A DNA stretch of 64,000 nucleotides from Candidatus Krumholzibacteriia bacterium (lineage in GTDB: Bacteria > Krumholzibacteriota > Krumholzibacteriia > LZORAL124-64-63): contig JAWOID010000029.1 of NCBI GenBank assembly GCA_046484865.1, forward strand, positions 19,922 to 83,921. The letters are read 5' to 3'. Positions within the stretch are counted from its first letter, which is position 1. Every line of letters begins with the position of its first letter. A program made the translations under genes and the position numbers. Positions 34,605 through 41,883 of the stretch are shown here, in pieces. The notes under the pieces were generated by a model. That model searched no databases, was not told the origin of the DNA, and saw only the letters and a program-made list of their open reading frames with translations.

Positions 34605-35453
34605 TCACGGCGTGCCGTCGGACGGGCGCGGGCGGCTGGTGACGAGCACGGTGCCGCCGGGAGGCGCCGCCGGATCGGCGCCGGCGCGGAGCTGGATGCG
34701 CTCGGCCGGCCCGGCCAGCACCCTGTCGAGGGTCGCTCCGGCGATCAGGGCCAGCTCGCGAGCCTCCTGCTCCGTGGGCGCCAGCACCTCCAATCTCACC
34801 GGCAGGGTGACCGCGGCGTTCCGGTCGATCAGGCGCGCCGCGCGCTCCAGACGCGGCAGCAGGGCCTGCAGGTCTTCGTCCCGCCCCGGCACGGAGCCGG
34901 GCCGCGCCGGGGCGGCCGCCGCGCCGGGCCGCAGCGTGCCCGCCGGACGCCAGCCTGCCTGCCCGTCCGCGGCGAGATCGCGGGCACTGAAGAGGACGCT
35001 CACCTGCGCGCCGTCCTCGCGCACGTAGGATGGGATCACGAACTCGGGCCCGACCACGTGCGAGACGTGGCCGAGGATGTCGCACGTCGTCAACAGCCAG
35101 GTGTGCGACATGCCCGCCCAGGCGTATGATCCCTGGAGGGTGTGACCGTCCCACGCGATCTCCGCGGGGGGTGCTCCGGTGCCGGCGAACACGGAAATCT
35201 CCTCGCCGCCGGCCGTCACGACGGCGAGCCGCCATTCCGCGGCCTCGAGGATGCCGGGACGGAAGCGAGCGACCGGGCGGTGGGCCGAATCCTGCAGGAG
35301 CACGTCGGGCTCCAGCAGGTGCTGCGCGGCGGAGCGGGACGAAGGCGGCGCGACGGCGCCGCGCACCGTCCCCGCCGGGAAGCCGTTCACGCCGCCCGCA
35401 TCCAGGAGCAGCGTCAGAACGATAGCGTGCAGCCGAATCCAATCCATCGTCAT
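34605..35453 (-). CDS. Hypothetical exported protein with FlgD-Ig-like segment
   Basis: Hydrophobic N-terminus, WRLAV...GTGAPPAEIAWDG motif, RBS GAGGA. Confidence 0.55.
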   Translation of the reverse strand: MTMDWIRLHAIVLTLLLDAGGVNGFPAGTVRGAVAPPSSRSAAQHLLEPDVLLQDSAHRPVARFRPGILEAAEWRLAVVTAGGEEISVFAGTGAPPAEIAWDGHTLQGSYAWAGMSHTWLLTTCDILGHVSHVVGPEFVIPSYVREDGAQVSVLFSARDLAADGQAGWRPAGTLRPGAAAAPARPGSVPGRDEDLQALLPRLERAARLIDRNAAVTLPVRLEVLAPTEQEARELALIAGATLDRVLAGPAERIQLRAGADPAAPPGGTVLVTSRPRPSDGTP

Positions 35454-35728
35454 TCCTCGTGACGCCGTCGAGCAGTGACTCCTTGGCGCCGTGACGCCGT
35501 GGCGCCCCGCGCGCAGCCGTCCGGTCCGGAGCGAACCCGGGCGAGCACGATCGGTCGGATCGAAGCTCCAAGTTCCATGCCCCGGCAATGGCCGGCGCAC
35601 CGGCGGCGCAGGCGACCGGGTCGCGGGAGATCGTTCCGGGTAGCGGCCCCGCATTCTTGCGCGACGCTATCGTGGTCAGGCCGATGCAATGCAGCCTGCA
35701 CGCGCGGTGACCGGGGGGCGCGGGGGCT

Positions 35729-35807
35729 GCGCGACGGACGACGCAGGACGAGACGGGGGGACGGGACGACGGACGGCGGGACGACCGGGGACGAGACGAC
35801 GAGGCGG
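35729..35807. repeat. T-free GACG-rich low-complexity tract
   Basis: 79 nt without T on the + strand, about 13 GACG copies. Confidence 0.7.
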
Positions 35808-35872
35808 TCTGGCCGCGTCCAGCGAGCAGCCGGGCCGGCGACCGGACGGCCAGTCGATCGGGGAGGGTGGAC

Positions 35873-36280
35873 ATGGCGCAGCGACGGTGGCTCGTGAAGA
35901 CCGAACCCGACGAGTACGCCTACGACGATCTGGAACGCGAGGGAGTCGGCGTCTGGGACGGCGTGCGCAACGCGACGGCGCTGCGTCACCTGCGCGGCTT
36001 CACGCCCGGCGACGAGGTCCTGGTGTATCACACGGGCCGGGAACGCCGGGTGGTCGGGCTCGCGCGGGTGGTGCGCGGCGCCTATCCCGACCCGTCCGCC
36101 GGCGATCCGAGGTACGTCGTCGCGGACCTCGCGCCCGTGCGGCGGCTCGAGCCGCCGGTCACCCTGGCCGAGATCAAGGCGGATCCGGCGCTCGCCGCCT
36201 GCGACCTGGTGCGGTTGCCTCGCCTCTCGGTGATGCCGGTGCCGGCCGTGCTGTGGCGCCGAGTCGTCGGTCGGCGCTGA
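35873..36280 (+). CDS. EVE domain protein
   Basis: WLVKTEP, WDGVRN, GDEVLVYHTG, RLPRLSVMPV. Confidence 0.93.
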   Translation: MAQRRWLVKTEPDEYAYDDLEREGVGVWDGVRNATALRHLRGFTPGDEVLVYHTGRERRVVGLARVVRGAYPDPSAGDPRYVVADLAPVRRLEPPVTLAEIKADPALAACDLVRLPRLSVMPVPAVLWRRVVGRR

Positions 36281-36287
36281 ACCTCGG

Positions 36288-37598
36288 TCAAGGCAGCAGC
36301 GGCAGCCGCAGCACCACATGCTGCTCTCCCGGCGGGGGCGGGCCCAGGGGGCTGCGCCCGTCGGTCTGCAGGAACGGGTTGGCCACGAACAGAAAATCGT
36401 CTCCGGCCACGGCCCCGGTGGTCGGCGTGCGAAACGCCGGATGACCTGCCTCGAGCAGTTCGGCCGCCAGGAGCCGGCGTCCGGCCGCATCCAGGCTCAG
36501 GCGCCAGACCCGTCCCGGCGCCACCATGTTCTGGATGCCGATCAGGTCGTCGCCGTGACGGTCGAGGCCATCGATGCCGCCGAGGTGTCGGGCCGACCCC
36601 GCATCCGGCGCCGGCGCCACCCGTTCCGCCGCGCCGCTCAGGCGGTCGATGCGAACGAGTCCGAGCAAGTCGGCCACCACCACGGCCGAGCCGTCGGTCG
36701 AGAGCGCGATTCCGTTGGGCGACACCAGTACGCCGGGCCGGTCCAGTCGCACGAGGTCCGTGGAGCCCGGATCGATTCGCAGCACCATGTCGCCGCGGGT
36801 GTCGGTGACGTAGACGGTGCCGTCGGACGCCACGGTGAGATCGTTCATCAGCGCTGGCCGGTGTGGAGCCGCCCAGCGGCCGCGAGTGGCCCCGGTGGCC
36901 AGATCGAAGGCATGCACCTCGGCGCGGCCCGACAGCGAGTCGCACCAGCCCCGCATGTACCGGCCCGCGGCACTCGCCACCCACAGCCAGCCGCGCTGCA
37001 GGTCCACCTCCATGCCGAGCACGCCGAGCAGTCCGTCCCGACCTTCCGGCACCAGGTCGCGGCAGGCGCCGCCGGCCTCCACCGCCACGACGGTGCGGCG
37101 GTGGCCGCTGGAGAGGAGCAGGCGGCGTCCGCCAGGATCCCAGGCGCTGCCCTCGGGCATCAGATCGAGGCAAGCGAGCACCTGCAGCGTGTCGGCGCGG
37201 TTGACCGACGGTACGCGCGCGTTCAGCCGCGCCGCCAGTTCCGCGAACCCGGGCTCGGCGGCGGTACCGGGAAACTTCGCCGAGTCGAGCGGATGGTCCC
37301 AGTCCGCCATCTCCAGCAGGCGTTGCAGCAGCGCCAGGACGGCCGCCGGGTCGCCTGCAGCGTCCTCCATCCGGGCCAGGGTGTACACGACCACGCCATT
37401 CTCGGGGTCGCGGTCCAGCAGGGCACGGATCTGCGGACGGACGTCGGCGGCGGTCGGAGCGGGCAGCAGTGGCAACAGAGACACGCAGGCGGCCGCCGTG
37501 ACGATGCCGATCCGGATACGGGGATGGATCGCGGATCGCCCGCGGCGGGCTGTCGCGAGCGGCGGCGAGCGGCGCCGCCTGACATGGTTCGGGCTCAT
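36288..37598 (-). CDS. Exported SMP-30/gluconolactonase-like beta-propeller with N-terminal TPR-like helices
   Basis: PEGSAWD, MNDLTVASDGTVYVTD, PNGIALSTDG, GIDGL. Confidence 0.75.
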   Translation of the reverse strand: MSPNHVRRRRSPPLATARRGRSAIHPRIRIGIVTAAACVSLLPLLPAPTAADVRPQIRALLDRDPENGVVVYTLARMEDAAGDPAAVLALLQRLLEMADWDHPLDSAKFPGTAAEPGFAELAARLNARVPSVNRADTLQVLACLDLMPEGSAWDPGGRRLLLSSGHRRTVVAVEAGGACRDLVPEGRDGLLGVLGMEVDLQRGWLWVASAAGRYMRGWCDSLSGRAEVHAFDLATGATRGRWAAPHRPALMNDLTVASDGTVYVTDTRGDMVLRIDPGSTDLVRLDRPGVLVSPNGIALSTDGSAVVVADLLGLVRIDRLSGAAERVAPAPDAGSARHLGGIDGLDRHGDDLIGIQNMVAPGRVWRLSLDAAGRRLLAAELLEAGHPAFRTPTTGAVAGDDFLFVANPFLQTDGRSPLGPPPPGEQHVVLRLPLLP

Positions 37599-37703
37599 CG
37601 GATCACCTCCGGTTGCGAACTACGCGCGCCCGCCTGCGGGGGTTGCGCTCGCCGGAACGCGCGCGGGGAGCGCTGCCGGTCGCGCGCCGCGCGACGCCGA
37701 GGC

Positions 37704-37732
37704 TTGCCGCCCGCGGTCCGCGCGGGTACCCT
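37704..37732 (+). promoter_or_regulatory. Putative promoter, probably giving a leaderless mRNA
   Basis: TTGCCG-N17-TACCCT, 8 nt before ATG 37741, no SD. Confidence 0.5.
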
Positions 37733-37740
37733 GTGGCGCC

Positions 37741-38418
37741 ATGAACAAGCACAGCTTGCTCGCGAGGTCGGGCGCGGTGGCGTTCCTGCTGGTCGTGGCT
37801 CTCGCGGTCGCCGGGTGCGGCGACGGGGGCGAGACCGAGCAGGTCCAGTCGAGCGGCACGGCTGACGCACGTTCACAGCAGGTATCCGGGCAGCAGAGGC
37901 AGGACGGGGGCGACGAACCCGTCGCCGGGGCTGCAACCACGCTGGCCGGGGTCACGTTTCGGCCACCGGACGGCTGGCGCGCTCTCGGCGCCAGCGGCAT
38001 GCGGCAGGCGCAGTATGAACGACCGCCGGTCGAGGGCGATCGCGACCCTGCGGAGGTCAACGTGTACTACTTCGGTCCGCAGGCGGGCGGCGCCGTGGAT
38101 GCCAACCTCCAGCGCTGGATCGGCCAGATGATCCCTCCAGGCGGAGGCGATCCGGGCGAGGCCGCCGAGCGCAGCGGCTTCGAGGTGGACGGGATGACCG
38201 CCCACGTGGTGAGCATCGACGGTACCTACGACCCGGGCACGGGGCGCGCGATGGGCGCGCCGGCGGGTCCGCAGGAGAATTACCGGCTGGTGGGGATCGT
38301 GCTCGAGGCGCCCGGCGGGAATCTGTTCTTCAAGCTCACCGGTCCGCAGGCCACCGCGCACGCCATGGAAGACGATCTCCTGGCGATGATCCGGTCGGTC
38401 GAGAGGGCCGGGGACTGA
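37741..38418 (+). CDS. Uncharacterised lipoprotein (ANxxRWxGQ...FFKLTGP family)
   Basis: Lipobox VAG-C; MRQAQY, GGAVDANLQRWIGQM, LFFKLTGP. Confidence 0.75.
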   Translation: MNKHSLLARSGAVAFLLVVALAVAGCGDGGETEQVQSSGTADARSQQVSGQQRQDGGDEPVAGAATTLAGVTFRPPDGWRALGASGMRQAQYERPPVEGDRDPAEVNVYYFGPQAGGAVDANLQRWIGQMIPPGGGDPGEAAERSGFEVDGMTAHVVSIDGTYDPGTGRAMGAPAGPQENYRLVGIVLEAPGGNLFFKLTGPQATAHAMEDDLLAMIRSVERAGD

Positions 38419-38586
38419 TCGCGCCGTGTCGTTCGGGGATATTCCGATTGCTGACGAACCCGTGACATGTTTTCGAGTCGGGGAGGGGGTCCGGCGGGCG
38501 TCAGCCTGCTCGACGAGTCGCGGTTCACGGGGCATAGACGAGCTCCGCTCCTCGACGGACCGCGACCAGGATAAGGGAGTCCCGCG

Positions 38587-38952
38587 ATGCGCAAGATTAT
38601 CGTTCCAGTTGCACTTGTCACGGTCATCGTCATCGGATTCGCCGCGGCCGCCGGTGGGTACGGTTTCCTCGGTGACGAATGGAAGCTGTACTACCCGGAG
38701 GCCTGCGCTCTCCTGGACGCCGCCGCAGACGATTGCACCCTTTGCCACGGCGCGGGCGTCAGCCTCAACCCCTACGGGACCGCTCTGCAGGGGGTCGGCA
38801 ACAACGACTTCGAGGCCGTCGAGAACCTGGACTCCGACTTCGACGGGCGTACCAATGGGGAAGAGATCTTGCAGGACTGCACGCTGCCCGGCGATACGAC
38901 GTCGCCCGCGGATCTCCAGACCTGGACGCACGTGAAGGCGCTGTTCCGCTAG
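38587..38952 (+). CDS. Small secreted c-type heme protein
   Basis: Signal peptide, CTLCH, LNPYG, DSDFDGRTNGEE acidic loop, C-terminal TWTHVKALFR. RBS AAGGGAG. Confidence 0.75.
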   Translation: MRKIIVPVALVTVIVIGFAAAAGGYGFLGDEWKLYYPEACALLDAAADDCTLCHGAGVSLNPYGTALQGVGNNDFEAVENLDSDFDGRTNGEEILQDCTLPGDTTSPADLQTWTHVKALFR

Positions 38953-38981
38953 CAGGGGAGTGGCACAGGCAGCCGAATGAT

Positions 38982-39022
38982 GCGCGCCCGCGGAGGATCC
39001 TGCCGCGGGCGCGTCGCTTTTT
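38982..39022 (+). terminator. Intrinsic terminator
   Basis: 12-bp GC stem GCGCGCCCGCGG/CCGCGGGCGCGT followed by CGCTTTTT. Confidence 0.6.
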
Positions 39023-39074
39023 CCGGCCGTGAGCGAGGCGGGGGATCCGTGAACGGGCGCCGACACCGCAGGGG

Positions 39075-39473
39075 TCAGATGGCGCCCTCGCTGCGGGCGT
39101 CCTCCTCCTCCTGGGCCTCGATGCAGAGGCGAGCCGTGGGAATGGCCTTCAGCCGTGCCTTGTTGATCGGTTTGCCCGTCTTCTCGCAGATGCCGAAGGT
39201 GCCGTCCTCGATGCGCTGCAACGCGTCGTCGATCTCGCGCAGGTACGACCGCTGGGTCGCCGACAGCAGGAGCTGGGTCTCGTAATCGAATTCGTCGGAG
39301 CCCATGTCGGCCAGGTGGTTGCTGTGCGCCCGGCCGGTGCTGCCCTCGTATTCGCCGTCGGCGTGGCCGATGATCTTCTGAGCGCGACTCACACTGCGCA
39401 GCAGCCGATTCCGCTCGCCGACGAGGGTCTCGCGAAACCGCTCGAGATCGGCCTTGCTCAGATGTGTCTTCAT
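39075..39473 (-). CDS. DksA/TraR family transcription factor
   Basis: Coiled coil with NHLADMGSD tip; EIDDALQRIEDGTFGICEKTGKPI..ARLKAIPTARLC. RBS GGAGG. Confidence 0.9.
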   Translation of the reverse strand: MKTHLSKADLERFRETLVGERNRLLRSVSRAQKIIGHADGEYEGSTGRAHSNHLADMGSDEFDYETQLLLSATQRSYLREIDDALQRIEDGTFGICEKTGKPINKARLKAIPTARLCIEAQEEEDARSEGAI

Positions 39474-39669
39474 GAACGTCGGACCTCCTGCTGCGCTGCG
39501 ATCAGCGCTTCACCGGGACACCCGGAGGGTGCGCGGGCACGGGGAAGCGCTGGAAAGGATAAGGCCGAATGACTCCGGCGCAAGGGCCAATGAACACGGC
39601 TCGCCCGCCACGGTTCCCCCGGATGAGGGACGCGCGTGCAACCGGTCGGCGCCGGTCGCGCAGCGACGG

Positions 39670-40632
39670 TCAGAGCGGCTCCTCGAGAGGGATGCGCGGC
39701 CCCAGCCCGAAGTGCCGCTCCGCCCTGCGTCGCAGCCGCGCCCGCAGGCCGGTCCAGTCCCGGAGGATCTTCTGCAACTCGGGAATGGCGTCGCGCGCAG
39801 CCGCGTAGCCGCGCGCCCGGCAGGCGGTGCCCTGGCGGAAATCCGCCCAGTGGAACTGGCCCACGGAGGGACGGATCACGACATCCGCGGTGGCGCACAC
39901 GAAGTGGTTCAGACGCTGCCGTGCCACGGCGTTCGACCGCAGGATGAGGTCGAGACCGGTCGAGAAGCGGGTGGAGTCGAAGGCGGGGATGTCGACGGCC
40001 ACGACCACGTCCGCACCCAGGGCGCGGCATGCCTCCACGGGCACCCGGTACGGTCCGCCGCCGTCGCAGATGAGCATTCCCTTGCTCTCCAGCGGCGGGA
40101 AGACTGCGGGAATGGCGCTGCTCGCGTACACCGCATCCACCAGGCCGCCGTCTCTGAACACCACCGGCTTGCCGGTGATCAGGTCCATCGCGACGGCGGC
40201 GAACGGGATCTCGAGGTCGGCGAAGCTGGCCTCGCCGAACAGCTCGAGCAGCGGCCGGCGCAGCCTTTCCGAGTTCTCCACGCTCAGACGCGTGACCGTC
40301 TTCACCTCCACCAGCTTGCGCTGCATGTGGTCGAAGAGGCTGGCCAGGCGGGTGACGCGCGAGATCTCGTCGCCGTTGTGGTCGCGGGGAACGAACGTCG
40401 CCCAGTAGGAGGCGAACTCTTCGTTGGTGCAGTAGCCGTGCAGGCGCGGCCAGACGCGGGCAGCCGAAGGGTCCTCGCAGTACAGCGCGCCGACGATGGA
40501 GCCCATGCTCGTGCCGGCCACGAGGTGCGGGCGCAGTCCGGCCTCTTCCAGAGCGTCGAGGACACCGGCATGCGCCAGGCCGCGGGCTCCGCCGCTGCCG
40601 AGTGCGAGTCCGAGGCGGGGCGAGTGGTTCAT
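39670..40632 (-). CDS. Patatin-like phospholipase
   Basis: LGSGGARGLAH, GTSMG, ASSAIP, DGG. Confidence 0.93.
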   Translation of the reverse strand: MNHSPRLGLALGSGGARGLAHAGVLDALEEAGLRPHLVAGTSMGSIVGALYCEDPSAARVWPRLHGYCTNEEFASYWATFVPRDHNGDEISRVTRLASLFDHMQRKLVEVKTVTRLSVENSERLRRPLLELFGEASFADLEIPFAAVAMDLITGKPVVFRDGGLVDAVYASSAIPAVFPPLESKGMLICDGGGPYRVPVEACRALGADVVVAVDIPAFDSTRFSTGLDLILRSNAVARQRLNHFVCATADVVIRPSVGQFHWADFRQGTACRARGYAAARDAIPELQKILRDWTGLRARLRRRAERHFGLGPRIPLEEPL

Positions 40633-40832
40633 CGGGGCTCCTTCCCGGGAAAGCGGACCCAGCATACCAGAGCCCGCCACCGGCGCCATCCCGTTGTATC
40701 GCATCGATGGCGGGAATCCTGAGGTCCGAATCGGGCTTTGACCGCACCGATCCGGCTTCCTATCGTTCCAGCGACGTCCGCCGCTGTCCGCGATCATCCC
40801 TTCCGCCCTGCACTCGGGCCCCGGGAGCACGC

Positions 40833-41771
40833 ATGAAGCGCGACGACCCGCAACGCTCGCACCCGCTCGTGCCGGACGGCGGCGTCGCACCAGCGTCGTC
40901 CCCGTTCGTCCTCGAACGCATGCTCCGCGAGGCCTACATCCTCGACGGCCCCGGCGTGCAGCCCGATGGCCGGCCCGGCCGCGACGATCTCGACGACATG
41001 ACCGAGCGCGCCGCGCTGCGCGACACACCCCGGGAAAGAGCCCAGGAGCTCGCTTTCCAGGCTCTCGAGCAGGAGGACCCGGAACTGGCGGCGCGCCTCG
41101 CCCGGCAGGCGCTGGAACTCGACCCACGCTGCGTGGACGCCCTGGCGCTGGACGCGCTGCTGGGCACCGCCGACGTCCACGCGCGGATCGAGCGGCTGGA
41201 CCGGGCGGCACGCACGGCCGAGGATCAGCTCGGCGAGGAGTTCTTCGCCGAGTACATCGGCGATCTGTGGACCGAGGTCGTGGCCCGTCCTTATCTCCGC
41301 GCGCTGCGGCAACTGGCCGAGGCGCTCTGGGACGCGGGCCGGCGCTTCGATGCGGTCGCCGACTACGAGAACCTCCTGGAACTGGACCAGCCCGACCGGA
41401 TGGGGAACGCGGTGGTCCTGCTGGCGCGCTATCTCGAGATGGGCGAGGTGGGACGCTCGCGCGACCTGCTGGACGAGTACGGCGATCGTGACGACGCCCT
41501 GGTGCAGTGGGCGGAGGCCCTGGTGAGTTTTCTCGAGGGGGATCACGGCGCAGCGGAGGCTGCCCTGGCCCGGGCCAGAAGGCTCAACCGCGGCGCGCTA
41601 CCTTACCTGTCGGGGGAGGCCGAGCCGCCCCTGGTGGTCCAGCCCCACTACACCCCCGGCAGTCCCGGGGAGGCGGACGTCATCGGCCAGATCCTGGCGG
41701 CGGCCTGGTCCACGCACGCGGCGGCCCTGCTGTGGCTGCTGTCGAGCGAGGACGAAGACGGGTCCGGTTGA
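40833..41771 (+). CDS. TPR-like helical protein
   Basis: LARQALELDPRCVDA, RPYLRA, LLELDQPDRMG; all-helical pattern. Confidence 0.65.
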   Translation: MKRDDPQRSHPLVPDGGVAPASSPFVLERMLREAYILDGPGVQPDGRPGRDDLDDMTERAALRDTPRERAQELAFQALEQEDPELAARLARQALELDPRCVDALALDALLGTADVHARIERLDRAARTAEDQLGEEFFAEYIGDLWTEVVARPYLRALRQLAEALWDAGRRFDAVADYENLLELDQPDRMGNAVVLLARYLEMGEVGRSRDLLDEYGDRDDALVQWAEALVSFLEGDHGAAEAALARARRLNRGALPYLSGEAEPPLVVQPHYTPGSPGEADVIGQILAAAWSTHAAALLWLLSSEDEDGSG

Positions 41772-41883
41772 GGGGAATCCCCCCACGCGGTCGATCGCTC
41801 CGGATGCTATCTTGGTGACCGCGCCGGATTCTGCACCGGGACCGGCGGCTCTCTCGCGCGGCATCACTCGCCGGGGAGTCTCG

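Noticed and set aside
35873..41771. EVE, patatin and TPR genes as an anti-phage defence island
   Set aside because: Genes are dispersed with mixed orientation, composition matches the host, and no cyclase, nuclease or NTPase partners are present.
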